A stretch of 64,000 nt of DNA from Scenedesmus sp. PABB004 (taxonomy: Eukaryota). The DNA lies in the NCBI GenBank assembly GCA_014905635.1, contig JABVCE010000009.1, forward strand, positions 744,001 through 808,000, in the 5' to 3' direction. The position numbers and the translations under genes are program-made. Within the stretch, counting starts at the first letter, position 1, and the number at the start of each line of letters is the position of its first letter. Below the pieces are notes generated by a model, which saw only the letters and a program-made list of their open reading frames with translations, was not told the origin of the DNA and did no database searches. This document shows, piece by piece, positions 9,602 through 21,764 of this stretch.

Positions 9602-12600
9602 ATGCTGCGCCTCCTCGGCATCGCGGATGAGGCCCTGCCGCCCGACCGGCTGCGGGTGCAGCAGCTGGCGCAGGGTCGCGCGGTGTTCCAGGCCCAGGCG
9701 GGCGTGCCCGAGGCCGCGGACGCCCTGGCCTACGAGCCCACGCAGCGCCTGCTCGCGGTGAGCGGGCGGCGGCGCACCGCGGGCGCCGGCGGCGGCGCCG
9801 CGGGGGCCGCCGCGCGTGCCGCGCTGCTCGCGCGCGCTCTCGAGCGCTCGCCGCCAACTGCCGCAACCGCCGCGCCGCCGCGCCAGGTCGGCACGGCTGA
9901 CGGCCGCGTCAAGCTGCTGGGCGCCGACGGCGTGGAGCGCTGCGTGTTCAGCGCGTCGCCGGCCGCGGGCACGGCCGGCGCGGCGGGCACGGCCGCGCTG
10001 CTCTTCGTGCCGCACCGCGGCGGCGTGCTGCGCCTGGATGCGGTGCGGGCGGGGCAGCGCCGCGCCATGTCGCCGCGCACGCAGCGGCGCGCCCGGCCCG
10101 CGAGCGGCGGCCGGCCAGGGATTGACAGACGGCCCGCGCCGCGCCGCGCCGCGCCGCCGCGCGCCGCGCAGGCCGGGCTGCTCGAGCTGTTTGCGGTCGA
10201 CGCCGGCGCGGCCGCGGCCAGCCACGACGACCCCGGCCGCCCGCTCGCGGCGCTGCGCCTCGACGGCGACGCCGTGCGCTGTGTCGCAGCGCTGCCGGGC
10301 GAGCCGCTGCTGCTGCTCGGCTGCGAGAGCGGCGCGGTGCGCACGGCGGCGGTCGTCAACGCGAGCGGCGAGCCGGTCGCCGAGGCGCGCCAGGCGCGGG
10401 GGCTGGAGCTGCTGCCGTACGCGAGTGAGCGGAGGGCCGGACGCCGGGCAGCGTGGGGCCGGGGGCGGGGGGCGCAGCGCCGAGCCCTTGCGAGCCGGCG
10501 AGCCGCACGGCCGACCAATCACCGCCGCCGCCGCCGCGCCCGCAGTCGCGCCACGCAAGCTGGACGCTGAGGGCGCGGTGCAGTCGCTGTGCGTGCAGTG
10601 CGCCGCGCCGCACCGCCACCTGCTGGCGGTGCACGCGGGCTCGGGCGCGGCGGTGTGGGACCTGCGCGCGCAGGCGCTCGTCGCGCGCGTGCCCGCCGGC
10701 AAGCCGGCCGGCAGCGGGCCCGTGACCGCTGCAGCGTGGCTGCACGGCAGCGCCAAGGGCGCCTTTGCCACCGGCCACGACGGCGGCGACGTCAACGTGT
10801 GGGCGCTGCCGGACGGCGTTGCAACGCAGCAGCAACAGCTGCAGCAGCCGCTGCTCGCCGCGCAGCTGCGCGTGCTCGCGTGCCCGCCGGCGCGCGGCAG
10901 AAAGCCGGCGCGCAGGCACGACGCAGCGCAGCCGCGGCCGCCCGGCCGGCCCGTGCGGGCGCTCGCGCACGTGCCCGGCCGCGGCGAGGGGCTGCTGGTG
11001 TTTGGCGGCGGCGAGCCGGGCCAGCCGGACGGCCTGGTGCTGCTGCCGCTGCCGGCGCCGCGCCTGGTGCGCGCTGGGCGCGGCATGGCCGCACGCACGC
11101 GCGCGCGGCGCGCGGCGCCGCCACGGGGTGCTCACGCGCGGCGCCGCTGCGCGCAGGCGTCTGGCATCGAGGACCCGACCACGCAGGACGACCAGCAGGC
11201 CGCCGCGGCCGCGGCGGCGCTGCGGCTGCCGTGGCTCGGGCCGGTGCTGGGCCACGCGCTCGTGCCGGCGCAGGGCTCAATCAGCGGCCAGGACGAGCCC
11301 AGCGCGGTGCTGGTGCTGCTGGAGGGTGGCAGCGTGTTCTGTCACGACCTGGCCGCCTATTCCGCCGCCGCCGCCGCGTCTGCTGTCGGCGACACGGCGC
11401 CGGCCCCGGGGTTGCCGGGGGCCTCGGCGGCGCCGGGCGGCGCGGCGGAGGCGCCGCCGGCGGCGCGCCGCCTGCAAGCGCAGCGCTCGGCTGGCAGCCC
11501 CGGCGGCAGCCCGGGCGGCAGCCCCGCGCGCTTGCGCGGCTCCGGCGCGGCGCTGGCGCAGGCGGCCGCGGGCACGGGGCCCGACCGCGCCGGCGCGGCG
11601 CCGGCGGCGCCCCCGGAGCCCGCGCCGCCGGTCCGCCTGTTTGCGGCGTCGCTGCAGGGCCAGCCGCTCGTCACCGCGGCGCGCCTGCGCATCATACCCA
11701 TTGACCGCCTGCCCCTGCAGGGCCTCCAGGTGCGCAGCGCGTGTTCGCGTGTGTGTGTTTAAGAGCGCGCCCTGCGGCGCGCGTCGTGTAGGTGTGGTCG
11801 GCGGCCTGCAGCTGTGCCAGCCGCCGACGCCGCTGCCGTACCCACGCCCCTCTCGCCGCCGCAGGGCGCCTGCATGGCCAGCCTCCATGACTGGGCGGCC
11901 AAGGCCGGCGGCGCCGGCGCGGCGGACGCGGGCGCGGCGGACGCGGCGGCGCGGCGCGCGCGGTCGGCGGTGTGCGGTGGCGCGCCCGCGCCGTCGCCCA
12001 GCAGCGGCGACGGCAGCGATGGCGGCGGTGGCGACGGCTACGGCACGCTGTATTGCACCGGGCACGCCGACGGCGGCGTGCGGCTGTGGGCAATGCACGG
12101 CGAAGCGCCGCAGCTGCTGGGCGCGGTGCCGAGCGCCGCTGCGCGGCGCGCGCTGCAGGCGCGCGGCGCCGCGCGCGGCGCGTCCGTGTCGACGCTCGAG
12201 TTTGCGTGGGAGCAGGGCCTGCTCGTCAGCGGGCACGAGGGCGGCGAGGTGCGGGCACCCGGCGGCACAGCGGCGCGCCCCGCTTGCTCCCCGCGCGCCC
12301 ACACGTCCGCCGCCGACCCCGGCCTCGCCCCCGCCCCGCCCGCCGCGCCTGGCAGGTGCGCGTGTATCAGTTCAGCGAGGCCCCCAAGCGCCTCGAGTGC
12401 GTGCTGTTCGAGTCGGTGGGCGGCCGCGGCGACAACGACGCGCTGCCGATCCAGGTGCGCCGCGCCGCGCCGCGGCCGGGCGCGGGCCCGACGCCGCCGC
12501 CGGCGCAGCGCGGGCGGGGCGCCGAGCTGCTCGTGCCGCGCTGACGCCGCCGCCGCCGCGCCGCTGCGCCGCGCCAGGAGCCCGCCGGCTTCCAGCTGCG

Positions 12601-13176
12601 CCTGGTGACGCGGCTGCACTCGTGCCACATCGTGTGCAGCGCCTACCTGCCGCAGCTCAAGCGCGTCGCGGTGTCGGACAGCAGCGGCAGCGTGAGCCTC
12701 ATCGACCTCGCCGCGCCCTCGGTGCCCTGGTGAGGGGACCGGACCGGACCGGCGTGGCGCGGCGCGGCGCGGCCGGGGCGTGCCGCGCGGGCGCGCCGCG
12801 CGGGCGACGACCGGCCGGCGCCGACCGGCCGCGGCGCCGCGCCGCACCACGCCGCGCCGCGCAGGTTCCAGGCGCCCTGGAGCAGCCAGCCCGTGGTCGC
12901 GCTCGCGCTGGGCCACGTGCCGCTGCCGCCCGCCAAGGACCAGCACCCCGCGGTCGCCGCGCTGCTTGCGTCGTCGTCGCAGCGTGCCGCGGGCGGCAGG
13001 GCCGGCGGCGCCGCGCCCGACCCCGGCTGCGTGCACGCGGTCGTGGCGGTCGCGGCGGACAGCCAGGTCGCTGTGCTGGACGCTGCGACCGGCTTCTTTT
13101 TGTCAAAGTGGGCGCCTCGCTTGCGCAGCGCAGCGGCGCGCCCGCACCCGCGCGAGCTGGCCGCACCAACGCCTGT

Positions 13177-13240
<64 letters not shown>

Positions 13241-16080
13241 AGGGCGGGCGTGCTGGTGCCCAAGCACCCCTCGCAGGCGCTGCACGTGGAGCTGCTGGAC
13301 GCGTCGGGCGCGCCCACGTGGGCGTCGCGCGACGTACGAGCCCTCGTCGACACGTTCCGCGCGCAGCAGCACCTCCGGCAGCAGCAGGCGCGCGCGCAGC
13401 GCAGGCCCGCGGCGGCCGAGGCCGCGCGCCAGCAGGCGCCCGGCGCGCGCGAGCGCGGCGGCAGCGGCGCGCTCGTGCCGAGCGGCGGCAGCGGCCTGGG
13501 CGCCGCCGCTGGTGCGGACGGGGCCGGTGGCGACGACGGGGGCAGCGGGCCGGAGGACGAGGCGGCAGAGGAGGACGACGAGTCGGAGGACGTGGACGTG
13601 GATGAGCTGCTGGCCAGGGCGGCAGCAGAGGTGCGGGCGCGCCTGGGCGGCCCTCGCTCAGCCCGCGGGCCGCGCCGACCGGGGCGGCCGCCGCCGGCCG
13701 CCGCCATCGCAGGTGGAGGCGCGCGAGTCAGCCGCCAGGGCGGGCAGCCTGCGGCGCGGCAAGAGCGGCACGCAGCCGCGGGACGGCCGCAGCCGCAGCC
13801 GCAGCGCCTCGCCGGTGAAGCGCGCCGGCAGCGCGGCCGCGGTGGCAGCCGACGCAGACGCGGACGCGGTCGACGGCCCCGGCCGCCCCGCGCGGGCTGG
13901 CAGCGGGCTGCGGCCGCCGGGCGGCGGCGGCGGCGGCGGCAGCAGCGCCAGCCTCGCCGCGCAGGACGCGGGCGCGCAGGCCGCTGGCGGCAGCGGAGGC
14001 GGCGGCGGCGGCGGCGGCGCGCCGCTCGTGCTGAGCGAGCCGCTTGCCTGCTACGTGCTGGTGGCCACGCGGCAGTTCCTCCGCCTCTACAAGGCCAGCC
14101 ACGCGGTCGCGGGCGATCGCACGACCGCGCGCCGCGTGACGCTGCCGGGGCCGCTGGCCTTTGCGAGCGCGTTCTCTGCGGCCGGCGCGCCGGCGCTCGC
14201 GTGCCTGCTGGACCTGGGCGGCGAGGCGCACCTTCAGGTCTACACGCTGCCGGGGCTGGAGGTGGTGCGGGGCATGCCGCTCTCGTCGCTGCTCGGCTGG
14301 GCGTGGCGCTGGGACCCGCGGCACGCCGGCGGCGGCGCGGCGCCGGCCGACGCGCTGGGCGGCCGCAGCGGCAGCGGCGCGCTCGGCGTCGGCGCGAGCA
14401 ACGGCAGCGCGCGCGTGCTGGCGCAGTTCATCTCTGCGCCACAGGTGCTGCCGGCGGGCTCGCTCGAGCGCGCCGGCAGCGCGCCCGCCGACGGCGGCGG
14501 CGGCGACGCGTTCAGCTGGGGCCACAGCCGGCTCGCGGCGGTGTGCGCCGTGACGCGGCACGGCCACCTCGCGCTGCTCGGCCCGGGCAGCGAGCTGGTG
14601 CGGCTGGGGCTGGCGCCGGGCGCGGCCGGCGCGCCGGCGTCGGCGTCGGTGTACGACTGGGAGCTCGCGGCCGCCGCGCACGCGGCCGCCGCGGCGCTCG
14701 AGCGCCGCCAGCTGCGCGCGTGGGCGGCGGCGGCCGCGTCCGCCAAGGAGGCGCGCCGCCGCGCGGCCGCCGGCGCCGCCGGCGCGGCCGCGCCCGGGAG
14801 CCCGTCGTGCGCCGACGCCGCCGGCGACGCGGCGCCGGCCGACGACGACGCCGGCGAGCCCGCGGCGGGCGGCGGGGCGGAGGCCGAGGCCGGCGGCGGC
14901 TCCGGCGGCGGCGGCGGCGGTGCTGCCAAGCTCAAGGGCCTGATGACCAAGCTCGGCGGCGACCTGCAGCGCGCAGGCGGCGGCGTCGTGCGCGGCGTGC
15001 AAAAGGCGCTCGACGAGACGCAGCGCGGCCTGACCAAGGTCGCGCAGGTGCGCCGCGCTGCGCCGCGGGGGGGCGGCAGCTGAGCCCCGAGGCGCGCTCG
15101 TGCCACCGCCTCACCCGTGCGCGCCCGCCGCCGCGGCGCGCAGGCGATTGAGAGCGAGCTGATCGTCAAGCCGGGGGCGCGCCAGGCGGCGGCTGTGCCC
15201 GAGTACCCCTACCCGACCCTGACAGCGCTGTTTGCCGCGCCCGCGGTCGGCGACACCAGCTGCCCGCCGGTCAGCAGCGGCGGCCCGGGCCGGGCAGCGG
15301 CGCCCGCGGCGGGCCAGCCGCCGGCGGGCGGCCAGCCGGGCGCGGCGGGCGCGGCGGTGGCGCGCGGCGCGCCCTCGCGGGCGCCGGCGTCTGGCAAGGC
15401 GGCGGCTGCGCCGGCGGCCGGGGCATCCGGCGTGTACGCGCGCCCAGCCGCTGCTGACGACGGCGCAGCGCCGCCGCCGGCAGCAGTCGCTGCGGGCAGG
15501 GCCAGTGCTCTGCGAGCCGCCGCCGGGCGCGCGCCGGGCGCAGCGACGTCGGCCGAGAGCGCGGCGCGCGCGGAGCTGCTCGGCGGCGGAGCGCAGGCGG
15601 CGGCGCGCGTCGGCGGACCCGGCCGCGCGGCGCCGAGCGCGGGCCGGCTCGGGTCGGACGGCGCGGCCACGGGGCCCCGCCTGTCGCCGCAGCAGCCCGG
15701 GGGGCTCGTCAGCGCGGCGGCCAGCGCGGCGGCGGGCGGCGCGCGCGTGCGCACGGCGGACGAGATTCGGCAGGCTTACGGCCGCGCGCCGCAGCAAAAG
15801 TCGGCCGAGGTGCGCCGGACGGGGCGGGCGCCGGGCATGGCGCGCGGCCGCACACTGCCTGCCGCGCCCGCCGCCGAGCCCGCCGCCGCTGCCGCCGCGA
15901 CCGCTGCCGCAGGTGCGCGGCGTGCTGGAGGAGACGCGCGCGGCGCTGGCGGAGCGCGGCCAGCGGCTGGGGCAGCTGCAGGACCAGACCGCGGACCTGG
16001 CCGACAGCGCGGCGGGCTTTGCGGAGCTGGCCAAGCAGCTGGCGGACAAGGAGCGCGGCAGGGGCAACTGGTTTGGCTGA
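9602..16080 (+). CDS. Tomosyn / lethal giant larvae-like WD40 protein with a C-terminal R-SNARE-like motif
   Basis: N-terminal [29 protein letters not shown], WD-like FATGHDGGDVNVW and LYCTGHADGGVRLW, and C-terminal RTADEIRQAYGR..VLEETRAALAERGQRLGQLQDQTADLADSAAGFAELAKQL..GNWFG*. Multi-exon. Confidence 0.85.
13178..13240. repeat. (CCG)n microsatellite directly before a splice acceptor
   Basis: About 20 CCG units followed by AG at 13241-13242. Confidence 0.9.
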
Positions 16081-16499
16081 CGCCGCGCGCGGGCGGGCGG
16101 CGGTCTCTCGGTCAGGGGGTTACGGCGGGGCCGCCAGCAGCGGCGCGTGACCGACAGGAGGGCGTGGCGTGAACCAATCTCCAGAGGTCTGTGCGAGCCT
16201 GCGTACAGTGCACTGCGCTGAGACAAAGCCAAAAGTGGTGCAATGTGTGTGCGGCGCCAGCCTGCCACAGCAGCACTGCAAGTGTGCTGCCTGCCTAGCC
16301 CATGTGGGTCAGTGCTGCCGGACGCCTGAAACTTCTGTGACCCCGCCGCACATCAATCAGCAACCCCGCCGCGGCGGCCGAGGGCATCAATCAGACAGCG
16401 CCTGCCAGCTCCGGCGCCGACGCGCGGGCCCGCGGGGCTGAGCCGCGGCCGCCGCGCAGCCGGCGCCCGAGCGCTCCGCAGCGCACGCGGCGACGCGGG

Positions 16500-19400
16500 C
16501 TAAGGCACGCCCGCGGCAGCCGCGGCAGCCGCGGCGTCCGCGGGAGCCGCGGCGCCCGGGAGGAGGGTGGTCAGCTTGACCGTCGCGCGCGCCCAGCCGC
16601 CGGGGCCTCGGCCGACCGGGGACTCGGGCGAGCAGAGAGCGTACGGCGCAGCAGGGGTGGCCGGCGCCTCGGACGGCCACGGCCACCAGCCAAAGGTGCG
16701 CACAGAGTACCGCGTGCAGGTCAGCTGCATCCAGACGTCGAGGTAGCTGCCGGCGCCGGGGACGTTGACGACGCGCGCAAAGATCTGGGCCGCGTCCGGC
16801 CGATGCGACGGGCTCAGCACCGCCCGGATGGACGACGCCTCGCAGCGGCCGTCGGCTTGCTGCCGCAGGAACGCGGCCGGCGGCGGCACGCCCGCGCCAG
16901 GCGGCGGCAGGTACGGCGCCGGCAGGAGCGGCAGCATCGCGGCCGTCCAGGCCAGCGCGTGCGGCTCGCCCGCGTCCCCCAGCTGCTGCTGGCGCGCCGT
17001 CCAGCTGGGGTCGAAGGCCACCGACACGTTGACAAAGACCTGAGCATGCTCGGCGCCGTAGGTCCCGTACGCGGGCCCGGTCGGGCTGCGGTCCACGGCG
17101 ACCAGCCCGGCGGTGATGTTGACGGCCGCGCCGTCGGCGACGGCGGTGACGTAGGTGCCGCCCGGGCAGGCCGGCGGCGGCGGCGGCGGGCCGGCCAGCA
17201 CGGGCGTGGCGGTGGGGTCGAGGGGCGCGTTGCAGCCGTGTGCGGCGGCGCAGCAGGTGACGTTGGCGTACGTGGCGGGGTCCTGCGCCGCCTGGCGCAT
17301 CAGGTTGGCGCAGTCGAGGGCCTCGACCATGCCGTACCCCCAGGCCCACGCCCCGGCCGCCTGCTCGGCGGCGCTGCAGGCGCGCTCGGCGCAGGCGTTG
17401 AAGGCGTAGCGCACGCACACGGCGGGCGACGAGCCAACCGAGCGCTGGGTCTTGGTGGTGACGGGGTGCAGCGGGTTGGCGGGAGACGCGGCGGCCGCCG
17501 GCACCGCCGTGGTGAAGCAGGTCAGGTCCGCGCTCTCCACCGGCACGTCCACGACGACCACATCAGCCGCGCCGCCGGGCGCCGGCGAGTTGCAGCGATC
17601 AGTCGTGCAGCAGGCGATTGGACCGCCGGCCTTGGCGCCGCTGGCCGCCGCCGACGACCGCGCCCACTGCTCGGCGTAGCACTCGGCGACGGACGTGACC
17701 CTGTACTGCGTCTGCCACACGCCCGCCGCGGCCTGCTCGGGCGTGCACGTGGGCGCGCTGGGGTTGTAGGCCGCGCGCGGGCACACGTCCTCCGCGTACG
17801 TCATGCAGGCGAGCGGCTCGTCGCGCTCAGGCGTCGTGACGTACCACGCCGCATGCACCGGCAGCCCCGTGTCGGCAAAGCTGGTCAGGCAGGTGAGCGA
17901 GTCGCCCGCGGGGACGGCCAGCACCGCAGTGCCGTTGTCACCGCGCAGCGCCGGGGCATTGCACGCGTCAGTGGCACAGCAGCGCCACGCGCGCGTGTCG
18001 GGCTCGCCGCCCTGCGTGGTGTCGTGCGCCGCGAGCCACTGCCGGCGGTGGCACTCGGCCGCGGTGGTCGCGCTGTAGACCGTGCCCCACACGCCGCCGG
18101 CCGCGAGCTGCTCGGCGGTGCAGGCGAGCGTTCCCAGCGCGCCCCGCTGCAGGGTGCAGCGGTTGACGTCGTACCACGCGCACACGGTGGGGTGCCAACC
18201 CTCCTGATCAGTCCACGACCTGACGCGCTGGTCCCGGGGGAAGCGAGCCGGGAGCGCCGCAGGCGGCAGGCCGGCCAGGTCCGGCGACGACGAGGCGGCG
18301 CTCGACACCGAGGCGAAGCAGGTCAGGCGCTCCTGGCCCGGCGGCGCCGCGGTGAGGACCAGCTCGGTGATGTTGTCGCGCGCCGGGTCGGGCAGGTTGC
18401 AGCCGTCGTGACCGGTGCAGCACAGCACGCTGTCGTCTCCCGCCGCAGCGGCCCGCGCCTTGCAGGCGGCGAGCGTCGCATGCTCGTAGCGCCAGCGCTG
18501 CGCGCCGTCAGGGCCCGAGTCGGCGGAGCGCATGCACGCGCGCTCCTCGCCGTACGCCGCCTTGGTGAGCGGCACGGCGGCGAAGAACGAGGCCGCGCCG
18601 TCGCGCGAGGTGTCGGTGAAGCTCTGCCAGCAGGTCAGGTTGCGCCCCGGCTCGGTGCCGTTGTACGTGCCGTTGATGAAGGTGGCGTTGAAGTGTGTGA
18701 AGCTGAAGGTGCCGTTGCCGCCGGGCTGGAAGCCGGGCAGGGCGTTGCAGCGCGACCCGGCGCAGCACGCCACGCCGCTGATTGGGCTGCCCGCCGCCTG
18801 CAGCTGCGCGCAGGTGCTGGCCGCAAAGGCGCCCAGGCGCGGCGCCCACGCGGCGGCGGTCGCCAGCTCCGTTGCGCTGCAGTTGCGCCCCGGCGCGCTG
18901 CACTCGTTGAACATATAGCTGGCACAGAGCACCGGCTCGGACGCGTTGGACGGGGCTGGCAGCGTGAGCTCCGCCAGCATGAACGGCGGCGAGCCGGCGT
19001 AGCAGGTCAGGGGCTCCAGGGCGCTGGGCTGCGGGGTGCTGGCGCCAGGCAGGTGCATGTTGCACGCGTTCGTTGAGCAGCAGGCCACGCTGCGATAGAA
19101 AGCTGGCCCCCCTGAGTTGACGGGCGACCGCTGCATGGAGGCGCAGCTGGCAGCAGAGGTCGCGCCCAGCTGCTGCCTCCACACGCCGCTGGCCAGCTCC
19201 GCGTCGGAGCAGATGCGCCCGCCGCCGCTGCACTCGTTGAACTCGTAGCTCATGCAGACCATAGCATCGCCATAGGGGCTCGTGACATTCACAGGCATGA
19301 GAAAGCTCTGCTGCGCAGAACCGCTGTAGCACGACAGAGTGCCCGCTGGGTTGTACGCATTGCAGCGCGACTCGCCGCAGCAGGTAACGTTGGTGACAGC

Positions 19401-21049
19401 GCTGCCGGGGCTGCCCGCCGCCGCCTGAAGCTGCGCGCAGGTGCTGGCCGCAAAGGCGCCCACACGCGGCGCCCACGCGTCGGCGCTGGCCAGCTCCGTT
19501 GCGCTGCAGTTGCGCCCCGGCGCGCTGCACTCGTTGAACATATAGCTAGCACAGAGCACAGACGCGTTGGACGGGGCTGGCAGCGTGAGCTCCGCCAGCA
19601 TGAACGGCGGCGAGCCGGCGTAGCAGGTCAGGGGCTCCAGGGCGCTGGGCTGCAGGGTGCCGGCGCCAGCATTGCAGGCGTTTTCTGCACAGCAGGCCAC
19701 GTTCCGATAGAACGCTGGCCCCCCTGAGTTGACGGGCGACCGCTGCATGGAGGCGCAGCTGGCAGCAGAGGTCGCGCCCAGCTGCTGCCTCCACACGCCG
19801 CTGGCCAGCTCCGCGTCGGAGCAATCGCGGCCGCTGGTGCTGCACTCGTTGAACTCATAGCTCATGCAGACCAGGGCTTCGCCGTCGTGGGTGTTGGTGG
19901 CGCTGACGACCTGGAGCTGGGCTGAGCCGGGCCACCCCATGTAGCAGGCGAGCCGGCCTGGCGTGAGGCCCGGCTGCTGCCCGCCGTCGCCGCCGCCGCC
20001 GCCGCCGCTGCCGCTGCCGCCCACCCACGGCGGGCGGTTGCAGGGCGAGTCGTGCTCGCGGCAGCACGTCCCGTTGGCCGACGCGGCGGCCAGCGACGCG
20101 CAGGTGTCGTTGAGCGCAGCGGTGTAGCTCCACGCCACTTCACCGGGCGCGCCGCACAGCGTGTCGCCCGCCCCGCAGCTGAGCAGCGCGCGCACGCACT
20201 CGTACGGCCGCGCGCCGCCGCCGCGCGGCCAGGCCGCGGGCGCGACGACCGAGGCGGGCCCGCCCGCGGCGGCGGAGCCCAGCGGGGCGGGCACGCGCGT
20301 GTAGCAGGGCAGGATCCCGTCCGGCTCGTAGAAGGCCGCAGGGGGTGGGCCGACGTAGAACGCGCCCGGCGGCTCAGCCACCCAGGGGTCGACGGACCCG
20401 TCTGCGCAGCGCGGCGCGGCGCGGCGCGGCGCAGGTCAGCCAGCTGCCGGGCCGCGGCGGCGGCGGCCGCGGCGGCGGCGGGCCTCTGGCTGCTGGTCAG
20501 CCTGGCCTGCCGCGCCCCGCACGGGGCCGCACCCGGCGCGTTGCAGGGGCTCGGCGGGGGGTCGAAGCCGGCGGCCGGGTCGTTGGCGCAGCAGCGCACG
20601 TCGGACGCGTCGGCGGCAGACGCGGCCAGCGCGGCGCAGCTCGCGTTCGTGGCGGCGCCGTAGACCCACACCGAGCCGGCAGCACCTGCGCGTCAGCAGC
20701 GGCCGCGCTCAGAGCGCCGCGCAGGCCGGCGGCGGGAGCGGTGGCGCGGGCGGCGCGCCGCCGCCAGCATGCTGCTGCGCGCACCGCTGCAGGGCAGCGG
20801 ATCGCCCGCCGCGCAGGCACGCTTATAGGCCACGCAGGTGAGCGGCTCCGAGCCGTCGGTCGGGGCCGTAGAGCCGCCGTCGGTGCCGTAGACGGTTGCG
20901 AGCACGACCAGCGCGGCGCCAGCGCCAGCGCTCGCGCTCGCGTCCCACGCGCTCGTCCAGCACCACGTGACGTCATCAGGCATCTGAGCCAGCGCCCCGG
21001 TGACGCAGACGGCGCAGAACAGCGCGGCGAGCAGTTTAGGCGGCACCAT
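16500..21049 (-). CDS. Large secreted cysteine-rich repeat protein with 10 domains ending in CC-x(4-15)-CN (three-finger/LU-like)
   Basis: Signal peptide MVPPKLLAALFCAVCVTGALA. Repeated units follow L(T/A/S)CY...C(M/A)SY.FN.C....C...ELA...W...GA....C....V.CC....CN. The terminal exon is an open frame of about 1290 aa. Confidence 0.8.
18770..19872 (-). repeat. Recent internal tandem duplication of a two-domain block
   Basis: Near-identical DNA at about 18780-19260 and 19420-19872 (offset about 610-630 nt), e.g. CTCATGCAGACC at 19249 and 19861. Confidence 0.9.
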
Positions 21050-21764
21050 CGCGCTCGCCGTTGACCGAGCTCTTTCGGCGTGCCGGCGCGCGATCAACGC
21101 TCGCACCGATCACGGACGGGCCGTGAGTGTCTGGGGCGAGACGAGGAGAGGCGTTTGTGAACCGCGCGGCGCCGCCGGGCGCGGGGCGCCCGCGCGACTG
21201 CCGCCGCTGCCCCGCTGCTACGCCGCAGAGCCCCACGGGGCGGTTGCATGATCGGAATGGCCCAGCTGAGAGCCGCAGGGTCGGCACTTACACACGCACG
21301 CAGCTCGGCGCTGCCATCGCAGGCAGCCGCGCGCGGCGTGGGCTGGTGTCGCCGGGCCTAAACACGCACAGCCTGCGCCGCCGGCCCGCGCGGCGGTGAG
21401 CGCGCGCCGCCCTGCCCCTCCCCCTATCCTAGCCAAGCAGGCGCGCCGCGCGCGCAGCGCCGGGCACGCCGCGGGGCGCACACAGAGGCTCGCCTCGGCC
21501 GCGCGCCCGGCGCCGCGCGCCGGCCCTCACGTCGGTTCAAGTTCACGGGCGGGCGCGCCGCCCACAGGGGCGGCGCGCCGCGCGCACGCTGAAGCACAAC
21601 TGAGTAGCGTTTGCTGTTCATTCGACCACACCCTCGCCATCATTGCCGCGGCGCCGCCGGGGCTCCGGCCAAACCACGGGCCGCCGCCCTGCACGAGCGC
21701 GCACGAGCGCGCTCGACCGCTGCTGCTGTTGGTTCCCCGCACGCAAGCCTGCACGCGCTGCCGC

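Noticed and set aside
18770..19872. Repeats as a CRISPR-like array
   Set aside because: They are in-frame protein-domain duplications, not short repeats with unique spacers. No CRISPR array or cas genes were seen in the window.
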